64,000 bases of DNA, from positions 4,285,125-4,349,124 of the forward strand of contig CM082586.2 in assembly GCA_040954595.2 (NCBI GenBank), written 5' to 3'. Shown one piece after another: positions 40,001-50,793 of the stretch. Each line of letters begins with the position of its first letter. The stretch's first letter is position 1. The notes under the pieces are model-generated. The model did not search any database. It was not told the origin of the DNA and saw only the letters and a program-made list of their open reading frames with translations. The stretch comes from Balanoglossus misakiensis. Lineage: Eukaryota > Animalia > Hemichordata. The position numbers and the translations under genes are program-made.

Positions 40001-41689
40001 TGTGACATTTTAAAATTTGAGCTGTGAGCCTCATCCACATATATATCAATGGTTGATGTATAGCAAGTTCATTCTTTTTCAACTTTTATCAGAGTTTTAC
40101 TTTATGAGCGACTTTATCATTCTGCGTAACTATAGCTTTGCTGTAGATACAAAGTTTAATTTGTTGTAGTGACAATAGGTGATATATAACACTTGTCTAA
40201 AATCTGTAGGCTGATTATATCTCAATAAATAAGAATATATTCCAGCAAAATATGTATTTGTAGTGTATGCGGTACAATAGGATGAATGTTGTGACTGTAT
40301 AAAGTGTATTGGTATAACACATACAATCCCACAAACTTTGTGTTACAAGTGTTATTGGATAATTAAAGGTCTTTGATTAATGTGTGAGAAATGTTATCCA
40401 ATGGTGTAATGTGTGAAGACAAAGATTCGCCAACTTAATTATAAGTTCATAATAGTGAAATAGGCATTGGTGACTTTTACACACAGCATGTGAAAGGTGT
40501 TGATGCCAAAAGTCACCAAAACCATCCTCGGAAGAAAACCAACAGAGCTATATACAGACCCACAGCCAACCCCAAAGCAGCAATAACTATCCAGTCTCCC
40601 TCATGTGCAAATTAATGTATTTTACATTTCCTTTTCACAAGCCCCCTTTTCAGTGAAACATCCATCTTGAATCAGATTGCAAGTTGTGTTAATAATGTGT
40701 GTGCTTTGGTTTGTCCACCATTTCTTTCCTACAGGGATATTTCATGAAGCCAACAGTGGTGACAGGCTTGTCCGACAATTCACGCTGTATGCAAGAAGAA
40801 ATCTTTGGTCCAGTGGTCTGCATCACACCATTTGACACTGAGAAAGAGGTCAGTCTGTCTGGGTCATTGACTTTTTATTTAGGGTTAGTGAGTGGGTGGA
40901 CCCCAAACTAGCCTGGACTGCACAACTATCTTGTTTAGTTGGATGATGTATTGTTGCCATTTTAATGATAAAATTTGGAAACTATTTGCCATATCAGAGT
41001 AGTGACTAAAGGTACATGATTTTGCAGGCAGTTCTGTGTTGTACAAACAATTATCATATCTCTTGATACCTGCATGTGTGTGTAGATGGGTGCATTGGTA
41101 TTTGCATGACTAGGCAGATGAGCGCTCATGTAACCTTTGACCCTTTCTACCTGTCAGGTGATCGAGAGGGCCAATGGTGTCAAGTATGGCCTGTCAGCCT
41201 GTGTTTGGACAAGGGACGTCGGAAAGACCCACCGAGTGGCACAGAAACTACATGTGAGTATTACCCACTGGCTGTTTATTTATCACGACTTTGTCAGCAT
41301 TTGACTGCTTCATCAACATAAAAACATGCAAATGGTATTTCAAAATTATAAAGCATATTTCGCAAGGGAGGATTTTGACCGCGGGTTGTCATTTTTAGCC
41401 AAGACTTGTTTCCTCCAGTGAGTGTCAGAATGAGACACTGTGAATAACCACGGTCACTCCACACAGTGGAATAACCAAGGAGTGTGTGAGATTTAAATGC
41501 ATTGTCCCTAACAGAAACTTTGGCATATTTTTTTATATCCAGGCCGGAACTGTATGGGCCAACTGTTGGTTTATCCGGGATCTAAATATGCCATTCGGTG
41601 GAATGAAGTCCTCGGGAATAGGCCGGGAAGGAGACAAAGATTCCGTGGACTTCTACACAGAAGAAAAGGTCATCTGCATCAAGATGTAG
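34057..41689 (+). CDS. ALDH8A1: 2-aminomuconic semialdehyde dehydrogenase ALDH8A1, intact copy; exons 34057-34226, 34793-34993, 35087-35298, 35588-35754, 35916-36091, 36217-36391, 40735-40848, 41158-41253, 41543-41689
   Basis: Nine GT-AG exons in frame; [27 protein letters not shown], catalytic LSLELGGKNP and [31 protein letters not shown]. Confidence 0.93.
37324..39462 (+). pseudogene. Nested intronless TRIM copy 1 (RING-Bbox-CC-TM-2x filamin) with most of the NHL propeller deleted; truncated ORF or pseudogene
   Basis: 712-aa ORF; relative to copy 2, a 99-nt in-frame deletion at ~39335, then ~500 nt replaced by a T-rich tract (~39378-39470); the original end [13 protein letters not shown] survives after the new stop at ~39474-39515. 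Confidence 0.8.
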
Positions 41690-42479
41690 AATCCCGGGAA
41701 GATGATGTGGAAAATTTTAAAATAGTACGAATAACCAATACATTGTACATTGAAGACAGTTATCTCAATGCTAAAATAAAGTATAGATACTTTATAGAAT
41801 TTATGTGATGGGGAAGGGGCTCAAGTTATGTTTGGTGAAATATATGCTTTTAAAAAAATTATGTGAGTACATGCAACATGCATTGTTACCTTAATAAAGT
41901 TTGTTGAACACAGTACCGTAATTGATTCAATTTTTTGTGTAAGTGCAAGGTCAGTGCCCCCATAAATTTCATCCCTGTTAAGTATCAGCTGCCACACACA
42001 TACATCAGCTGTGCAGTATGAATAAAACTGTCCAGATCAGGTTCAAAATAGCATACCATTGTTGAAGAAATGGCAATGGCCACACTTTGAGGTTACTTTG
42101 CTGACCTAATGCATAGATGAGCTACCCAAATAAGTGACCAAGGTTTTTTCTTTTCTAATTTTGGATTTCATAAAGTTGGCAACTACTAGGTCACGTTATA
42201 CATTTTGTGTAAACAGCTGACAGACTATCATGTAGTCCTGACTTTAACAACGAGACATCAAAGCATATTCTGTAATATTTAAACTAATACCAAGTTATTG
42301 TTTGATGGGCGTACAAACTGAGTTTCAAGTTATGTATAGCACGCCACGAACATCTGTGACACAAACCGTAACCTTTTAATGAACGCATGCAGACCTCGCT
42401 GATTGATTATATAGCGCCCTCTATAGCACTGTTTGTCAACCACACTGATGGCAAATTTTATTTTGTTTATAACTTCATT

Positions 42480-42695
42480 GATTTTTCGACCACATCCACA
42501 AAATTTTATGAGTTTTTGTAGTTCCAAAAATAGAACATGTGTACTAAATTCAATATTAACCTGTACACCAGGTTTTGAGATATCATGTAAACAAGTACAA
42601 CCGGCAGACAGACAGGCATGCTCACACTCACAGAGAAATTGATATAACTTTTACCCCCCACGTGATCATATGATCACGTGCGTTGATGATATAGA
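42480..42695 (+). mobile_element. Interspersed element remnant ending in the perfect 22-bp palindrome CACGTGATCATATGATCACGTG (42659-42680; copy at 53902-53923)
   Basis: Short (CAGA)n tract followed by a terminal hairpin; element boundaries approximate. Confidence 0.4.
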
Positions 42696-43158
42696 GAGCG
42701 TGGGGCGCCCTCCGTGCCCATTGTGTGCACATGGGCTCATTCTCCAACGAGTGTTGAAAGACAAATGTTGCCGTGTACACCAGACAATATTCAGGTAGGC
42801 CCTGTACGTTTATTTAAATGTTTTTTGGGGTAGGAGGAAAGAGAGGGAGAGGTTAAGATTGAATGATTAATTGATTCCAAAAATAACACAATGGAAACGA
42901 CATATCTTAAAACAGTTTGAAGTATGTATTATTGATCGCGCGCAGACATGATGAAACAACACAAATTTGAATTATTCCCTAGCCCATTAGTGACGACAAT
43001 CGTCTGTGGTACTTCTTAAATACGTTATAACCATGTGCATTAAGCCTAATTCTCGTTTCTGTCAAACATCTAGCTTCTTGAAAATTACGTAAAACAATTG
43101 GTATCGGCTGTGTTCTTACATAGACGAGTTAAAGGGCAAAAGTCGCCACGGGCGTTTA

Positions 43159-43600
43159 AACCCCGGTGCGAGGTATAAAAGACCCCCCAAATCAGTGGCG
43201 AATCTTAATGCCGTTTGACTGACAACAGACAACACCAACGATCTTGGCTCTATGAAAATCGGCCCAAACAGGTCCAAGCATAAAGAATTACACCACACAA
43301 CGACAGTAGTTGGCTTTATAAACATACACAACATAAAGTTATCGACGAAAAAGTACACGAGCTTTTGAAACAACGATGATTTTGGGAGAAATCTGGTTTC
43401 AGTGCTTTTCAGAAGCGTCCCTGGGAAACAATAACCACGCCATTCAAACAGTTGTCAATCGCGTAGAGGTGTAAAGTGTTCAATTATTTTCTATGTACAT
43501 GAGAGCAATTACACAGTCATTATGCGCGACGACCACTCCCAAATAAACAACTATACAAACACACGTTAATCCGAACCCCGGTACTTTCCGCACCGGGGTT
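43159..43600. mobile_element. ~440 bp non-autonomous element with 12-bp terminal inverted repeats, TA-flanked, present only after unit 1
   Basis: TA|AACCCCGGTGCG...CGCACCGGGGTT|TA; extra hairpin AACCCCGGT/ACCGGGGTT at the right end; absent at the paralogous site 54405-54414. Confidence 0.7.
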
Positions 43601-43650
43601 TACACGCTCATGTGTAGGACTATCCATTGGTTCTGCAAGTGGAGCATTTA

Positions 43651-44763
43651 GGGACCGTTCAGTTTTTACGGCCGGGGGGGGGCGGCAAAATCCAGGGGGG
43701 GTCATCTGGTGTTTTTTTAAACGTTTAGGGGGGTGGGTTACATACTTTTGCCACCGAACTTTTGCTTTTGAGTCCACAAAATTGCAGTTTCGCGCCCTTT
43801 ATTTTACAAAATTTTCTCACACCCACACCCTTCATTCTCCGCCACATTTCGTTTTTGCTGGTTTGTCTAGTGTACCAGGGCAGGTGCTTGCCACCCCAAC
43901 CCCACCGATGATAATATTTAACAAAGTAAATACATAAAGGAGAATAATCGTTTAAACAATTTCGCATAACTGATAGTTTCGCGCTGCATCTTCTATATAC
44001 TAGAAGTTTTATAAATGATGTCATGACGAAGATGACGCCAAATCTTCTAACTTTGAGTGGAGTGGCAAAAAGTAAAATTGGTCCTCCCAAACATTGAGAT
44101 AATTTGCTTTTGAGTTCATTAAAATGGAACTTTGCGCTACATATTTTACAAAATTTTCTTATGTGGGAGGGGGACACCCCCTCCCACACCCACCCGGCAA
44201 CCCCTCCATTCTTCGCCACATTGCATTTATTCGCTGGTTTGTCTAGTGTACCAGGGCAGACTTCTTGCCACCCCACCCCGATACTTTGAGTGGAGTGGCA
44301 AAATTAAAATTTTTCTCCCTAAAATTAATTTGCTTTTGAGTTCATTTAAATGCAACTTTGAGCACCGTATTTTACAACATTTTCTTATGTGGGAGGGGGA
44401 CACCCACCCCCGCCACTTTTCTTGTTTTACCAATTCTAGCAACAATTGTATTGACTTGTCATTTTAATTTGGTCATAGATTTCTTAATTGCAACAATATA
44501 CTATTATATACTTCAATAATACTATAAGAAATTTATAATTGAGGTGTGAGGAGCCTCATTCCCTTTATTGCATACAGTGTACATAGGATCAGGACGGCGA
44601 ATGTTTTCGGCGGGGGGGGGGTGGTTATCATATTTTTGGGTCTGTCAAAGGGGGGGGGTCATCATTTTTTGGTCATGGGTGAAGGGGGGGGGGTCGGCCT
44701 GATTTTGAAAACCGATGATACAAACTTGCCGCCCCCCCCGGGCCGTAAAAACTGAACGGTCCC
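43651..44763. mobile_element. Non-autonomous PIF/Harbinger-like DNA transposon at the unit 1/2 junction
   Basis: TTA|GGGACCGTTCAGTTTTTACGGCC...GGCCGTAAAAACTGAACGGTCCC|TTA: 23-bp perfect TIR, GGG termini, TTA on both sides, internal subrepeats, no transposase ORF. Confidence 0.85.
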
Positions 44764-45559
44764 TTACTACACGAGACTGAATAAGTGGGTGTGGCACCCA
44801 TTTATTAGTGACCTTATTCACATTTAAATGTACAGCCACAATCCGAGTTTGATTAAATTTTTGGGAACATATGCCCAATGCCATAAGTAAGCATATTTAA
44901 ATGGACCAGTGATAAAATTGAAATTTTGTATAAACAACCAAACTACATGTAAATGAAACTTTTATCTTTTCCCCCCAAGATGGTCGACAACTCCAGCTCC
45001 GGAACGTTGATCGCGGATCATGCATAAATTTAAATAGCTGATATCCTGGAATCCAGACTGGAAGAGTTTGCCAAGATGGAATCCAGGGACCAGGGCAAGC
45101 CGGTCTCACTGGCCAGGAGTGTGGACATTCCCAGGGCCGTCTACAACTTCCGGTTCTTTGCGTCAACTATTCTACATGTTAAAATCAGTAAGTTGGTCCT
45201 GGTCAGTGTTATTCAAACGCTCATGTACAAAAACTTGCTGAATGAAGAGATATATATTCCAATGTATTTTTGCAGATCAACAGTCATGGAAGGCAGGGGC
45301 TGTATCAACTACACAACTCGTACGCCCGTCGGTGTGGCTGGTTTGATTAGCCCGTGGAATTTGCCGTTGTACTTGTTAACTTTCAAGATAGCTCCGTGCA
45401 TATAGCAACTGGGAATACGTGTGTTTGCAAGCCGAGCGAGATGACCTCGGTGACGGCTTGGATGCTGGGGAAAGTGTTGAATGAAGCTGGTAAGTGTTCT
45501 TGAGGGTGGTAAGTGTTAACTCGAATTTGGTATACAGTAAGTCAGCATCTGCATGATGC

Positions 45560-46257
45560 TGAAATAGACTTACTGAATGGCTCGCTTTGGTGAACCAACC
45601 ATCGCAGCACGCAACAAAGACGGTCAACAACAGGCACACCACACGTTACATGTATTTCCTTGCTTATGGAAACTTTTTAATTACTACAACTAAACATTGG
45701 TAAATATAAAATGACTGTACACTGAGGAAAAAACACAGTAAAAATAAATGACTACCTTAAATGTGACCAGGTGTGGGAAATGAAAAACTAAAGTCCAAGC
45801 TTCCGTAGCGCACGACGAACGCGACCAGCACCACGGCAGTCCCAACAGCGACGTTCAGTCCGAGTAGCGTTCTGGCACAATTCCCCGGTAGACGGCACGG
45901 CTTTCGGACGAATTCCCCATGAGGTAGCACGACTTCTGGGCGCGGTTTCCAGACCAGGACAGCATGAAACAACACGGCTTCTGGGCGCGGTTTCCAGACC
46001 AGGACAGCATGAAATACAGCACAGCTTCTGGGTGCGGTTTCCTGTGTATCAAGAAATAAGGCTTCCAAGCCGGCGAGGAACAGAACAGCTCACACGGGCA
46101 AGTCCAAATTAGTAGCTACGACGCAACACAACGTGCGGGCTTTTTATATGGGGAAAATAATGAATGCACCACACCTGGTCAAGCAAATATTCAAATTACG
46201 AAATCAAGCGAAAACACACCTGGTCACAAAACAACAGCAAACTTCTCCTACGTAACA
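45560..46257 (-). mobile_element. Probable solo LTR (Gypsy-like) in intron 3 of ALDH8A1 copy 2
   Basis: Absent from unit 1; minus strand reads TGTTACG...TATTTCA; TATAAAAAG (~46140) and ATTAAA (~45677) on minus strand; internal ~46-bp tandem repeats; degenerate 4-bp target duplication (empty site GTGC). Confidence 0.6.
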
Positions 46258-48090
46258 GTTTTGTATTATGTATATTATAATATACCACCATATTCTGTGG
46301 TCTGTGGTGACGCAAGAAAGTGATCGTGACCAGACTCAATGTTTTCGCCATCAGGTTTACCTGCTGGAGTTGTGAATATAGTGTTTGGAACGGGACCTCG
46401 CGCTGGCAGTGCCCTGGTCAAACATCCTGATGTGCCACTTGTGTCCTTCACTGGAAGTACACCCACTGCTGAGAAAATCAGACAAGACTGTGCGCCTTAC
46501 TGTAAAAAGTTATCACTAGAGGTCAGTCGACCGGTCATTAGGGATTCGGAATAGTGTATTTAGGGACTAATGCCTTTGTCAAGTCCATAAATATTGCCGT
46601 AATAAGACAATTTTCAGTTTGTATTAAAGCTGTCAGATTGATGCTCATAATGATCGACGGACACATTCTGTTTGACTCTCAGCTCGGTGGGAAGAACCCA
46701 TGCATTGTCTTCGATGATGTGAATTTAGACGAGTGTGTCGCCACCAGCGTGAAGTCGAGCTTCGCCAACCAGGGCGAGATCTGTCTCTGCAGTAGTAGGA
46801 TCTTTGTACAGAAGGGTGTCTATGATGCTTTTCTGGAGAAATTTGTCGAAGAGGCCAGGTCAGTGTGCCAGGACTACTAGGATTATTTTCAGTGCATCAA
46901 TTTCGATGAGGAATGCATCACCACCACCATGGTTTGGTCCAAATCCATAATGGCAGACCTGGCACTTTGTTCTTCTCTTGCAGGAAAATCAAAGTCGGCG
47001 TACCGTACGAGGACGCCACGAATATGGGAGCTCTTGTCAGCAAGGAACATCTGGCAAAGGTCAAAGGCTATGCCAGTCTTGCAAGGGAAGACGGCGGAAC
47101 GGTCCATTGTGGCGATGGGGTGGATCCTGAACCGGACTTGCCAGCAAAACACAGAGAGATAAGTTCAACACTTTAGTATTCACTGTGATTGTCTGATATG
47201 AAACTCTTCCCACTCCTGACCCGAAATCTGATGGAACCATGTAATTAAGTTATTTCTTGGTGATGCAAAGATTGTTCATCTTCCTGTCTTTTATTAGCAC
47301 TTTCCTAGTTTGTCCTTTGGACATGTCTTCAAAAACTGTCCCAGATTCATATAACTTTCTTAGAATTCGAAATAAGACAATTTATACAAACTAAGAAATG
47401 AGAAAAAATGTTCCTTAAACTTTTGACTGCAATTGTGAAAAAACAAATCAGTCTTTCTGGGTAAGACATACACTTTTTCAAGTACATGTAAATCATTCTA
47501 AATGCGTCCTTTTATTTAAAGATGCAAAAGAAACAAACACAGATCTGGGTGATACAAATGTCAAATTCATATAATGAGCTTTCCATTGATGTGTTGGTCT
47601 TTGGTTGGGGCTAGAATAATTTGGGAGTTTATTATCCAAATACACATTTATAAGTTGGTTAAAATTGATGTTTCTTTAGAGACAATGGAACGCATGCACA
47701 GATGTCCAGCAATGACCAGCTTTCTCATTTTGGCAATTTCACCCCCCAAAAAATCATAAGATAAAAATTCCGGCTAATAAAACGGTATCAATCAAGTGTT
47801 TATGCATATCGCCTGACTATCGACCTGCTTGAAGTCCTGATCAATCTGATATGCCAGTCCACTGCAATAACCTTTACCATCTAGTTGAATACCATGATTG
47901 ATCAATAAATAACGGAGTGTCTAATCAGTGTGTCGGGGCACTGGCTATTGACAGGCGCCTCACAATAGCCTCGGCCTGAACTTTGTACTCATCGCAGCCA
48001 TTAACAAAAGCTGTAACCTCTGCGAGCTCGCGTCTGTAAATTTCCAAAATCAATAAGTTTCTCTCACGCTGCAGTTACTTTGTATCAACA

Positions 48091-50793
48091 ATGACTACCG
48101 CTATTCCGAAACCAAATCTGTTAGATGTTCTGGAGAAATTCGGTGAAGGCTTGCTGTACTGTCTGGCTTGCTCGAAGTTACTGAAGAATCCAAAATGTCT
48201 GCCGTGCCTTCATACATTTTGTGAAGGCTGTCTGTCACCAGCGGAAGAGAAACAAGAAAATCTGGAGTGTAAGGCCTGCCGTAAACAGCACGTAATTCCT
48301 GATAATGGCATAAAGGAGTTTAAAGACAACCTCTTTATGAGGTCTCTGCTACAAGAAGTTGCAAAGCTGGAGAGGCAACTCAGTGATCGTGCCGATGACT
48401 TGGGTAACTGCCGATGTGAGGTGGGCACCCATGCTAAGCATATCTGCATACGATGTCGACAGAAGTGTTGTGATGTGTGCGTCGTTCAACACCGAGATGA
48501 TCACTCGCATCTGGTGGTTACTTTAGCAGAGAGGAAGGTGGACAACAGATCAGCGTTGTCTTGCACCATTCACAAGGAAGAGGAGGTGAAATTATTTCGT
48601 GTCATAGACCAGATGCCAGTGTGTGTCTTCTGTGCTGTCACCAAGCATGACAAGAATTTCCTCAAAGATCTGACTGATTCCCTGGTAAAGGAAAAGGCGG
48701 AAGACTTGGTACGTGAGGTACGTAAATTAGAGGGCAAGGCCCACGAAGCTGAGAGGAGTGGAAACGACATCGCAGCCAACAGCGAAATGGTAGAAAATAC
48801 CAACAGGCGAGAAAAAGAGAAGCTGAAAGAGAAAGTCCGGGAGATTAGAAAAGTAATCGCAAGGGAAGAGCAGAGACTGGCAGATGTACTTACAGAAGCT
48901 AACGACACAAAAGTGAAAGATAATCAAACGAGGATGGCGCAACTGGAGATGACGTACGGGTACATCTCAGTCCTTTGCACTTATGTAGAGAGTATGCTGC
49001 AGCAAGGGAAAGAAGGTGGAATTGAACTGCTGAAAAAAAGAGCCAGCCTGATGACCTGCGTGAAACAGGTGCGTGACACAGATACTCAGCCAGGAATTGA
49101 TAAAGTACCATCCACGTTTCAACCCAATAATAACGTGAGTGTCCCTGGGGTGCTTGGTCAACTGACACATACGAAGAAATCAGCATTCAACAGGTTGAAT
49201 CTCGCAACACTCATGAACATTGTTGTACAAATACTTCTTGTTGTGGTGGTATGTCGGGTGTGGGATCACGGTCTGCCATGGCTTGCCGCAACCGGACCAA
49301 ACTATGCAATACACGGTTCTGATGTAGTTGTCACAAACACTGGGGATGTCAAAGTTCCCAGAGGTGACTACACCAGTTTGCTGGTGAAAACCAAAGACAA
49401 CCAGAGCGATCTGGTGGTACCATGTCACAAATTAATTGCCCAACAAAGGAATTATGACCAGCATGTTCTGTCAAAACTCCCAGTGGTTGACAACAACAAT
49501 GGAACATGCAGTGTCACTGTACCGGGACAAGTAATTGGTAACTATAAAGTAACCATGGCGATTGGAAACCAAGCCATACAGGGTTCGCCAGTTGATATTT
49601 CTGTTATAATGGATGGATTCATGAAGTACGCAACCAGTGGCTCAGCCATAATTGTCACAAACACTGATGTTGTCAAAGTTCCCAGAGGTGACTACACCAG
49701 TTTGCTGGTGAAAACCAAAGACAACCAGAGCGATCTGGTGGTACCATGTCACAAATTAATTGCCCAACAAAGGAATTACGACCAGCATGTTCTGACAAAA
49801 CTCCCAGTGGTTGACAACAACAATGGAACATGCAGTGTCATCCTGCAGGGAATAATTGTTGGAAACTATACAGTAACCATAGCGATTGGAAACCAGGTCA
49901 TAAAAGGGTCGCCACTTAGTATATCAATCACACAACTCTGGAAAACTATAGGAAGTGCTGGGTCTTCATATGGACAATTCAACTTCCCAGTTGGCTTGGC
50001 TGTAACTAAAGATTCAGATTTGGTAATTGCTGATAGAGACAACAATAGATTACAAGTAGTAAAAATAGATGGAAATGTCAAGAAAAGTTTGTCATTTTAC
50101 AAAGAAGGAAAATTAACAGAAATTCGGCCATTTGATTTAGCAATATCAGATGATAATAAATATTTTATAACAGATCGTATTAGTAGAGAAATAGTTGTAA
50201 GTGATGACAGTGGGGAAATTTTACAAACTTTTGGCAAGAGCAGACTCATGTACCCTCGCTGTATTGCCATTAGCCCAATCACTGGCAGTGTTTATGTAAC
50301 AGAATGGGACGGGAAGACTGGTGACACAGGCACAGACACAAGCAGGCATGGTTTATGGAAATACACACAGGATGGCGAGTACATTACATCAATCGGAAGT
50401 TATGGAAAGGGCCATGGCCAGTTTAATTCACCTTACTTTATGGCATTTGACAGATTTGGATACTTGTTCGTATGTGATTTTAATAACGCGCGTGTCCAGG
50501 TGTTTGATTCAAATGATCAGTTTGTACGTGCATTTGGCACCTACGGAGATGGAAACGGACAGTGCAAACGTCCAACCGGAATAGTCGTTAGTGAGGATGA
50601 CTTTGTGTATGTAAGTGATTATCCTGCTGGCATTATTAACAAATTTGACACCAATGGCAACTTTATCAGCCGTATTGACGATGACAGTGATGGGTTAAAA
50701 TTTCCACATGGGCTTGCTCTGACAAAGGATGAACCTAATCGTCTTGCTGTTGTTGACTTCAAAGGTAATTGTATCAAACTATTTGTTGTTTAG
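48091..50793 (+). CDS. Nested intronless TRIM-NHL E3 ligase copy 2, 900 aa (RING, 2 B-boxes, coiled coil, predicted TM helix, 2 filamin/Ig repeats, ~6 NHL repeats)
   Basis: RING CLAC...[10 protein letters not shown]...CKAC; hydrophobic [18 protein letters not shown]; filamin motif [10 protein letters not shown]...GNQAIQGSP twice; NHL repeats GQFNFPVGLAV, GQFNSPYFMAFD, LKFPHGLAL; uninterrupted ORF. Confidence 0.92.
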   Translation: MTTAIPKPNLLDVLEKFGEGLLYCLACSKLLKNPKCLPCLHTFCEGCLSPAEEKQENLECKACRKQHVIPDNGIKEFKDNLFMRSLLQEVAKLERQLSDRADDLGNCRCEVGTHAKHICIRCRQKCCDVCVVQHRDDHSHLVVTLAERKVDNRSALSCTIHKEEEVKLFRVIDQMPVCVFCAVTKHDKNFLKDLTDSLVKEKAEDLVREVRKLEGKAHEAERSGNDIAANSEMVENTNRREKEKLKEKVREIRKVIAREEQRLADVLTEANDTKVKDNQTRMAQLEMTYGYISVLCTYVESMLQQGKEGGIELLKKRASLMTCVKQVRDTDTQPGIDKVPSTFQPNNNVSVPGVLGQLTHTKKSAFNRLNLATLMNIVVQILLVVVVCRVWDHGLPWLAATGPNYAIHGSDVVVTNTGDVKVPRGDYTSLLVKTKDNQSDLVVPCHKLIAQQRNYDQHVLSKLPVVDNNNGTCSVTVPGQVIGNYKVTMAIGNQAIQGSPVDISVIMDGFMKYATSGSAIIVTNTDVVKVPRGDYTSLLVKTKDNQSDLVVPCHKLIAQQRNYDQHVLTKLPVVDNNNGTCSVILQGIIVGNYTVTIAIGNQVIKGSPLSISITQLWKTIGSAGSSYGQFNFPVGLAVTKDSDLVIADRDNNRLQVVKIDGNVKKSLSFYKEGKLTEIRPFDLAISDDNKYFITDRISREIVVSDDSGEILQTFGKSRLMYPRCIAISPITGSVYVTEWDGKTGDTGTDTSRHGLWKYTQDGEYITSIGSYGKGHGQFNSPYFMAFDRFGYLFVCDFNNARVQVFDSNDQFVRAFGTYGDGNGQCKRPTGIVVSEDDFVYVSDYPAGIINKFDTNGNFISRIDDDSDGLKFPHGLALTKDEPNRLAVVDFKGNCIKLFVV

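Noticed and set aside
45930-46045. ~46-bp direct repeats as a CRISPR-like array
   Set aside because: No unique spacers, eukaryotic context, and they lie inside a probable LTR
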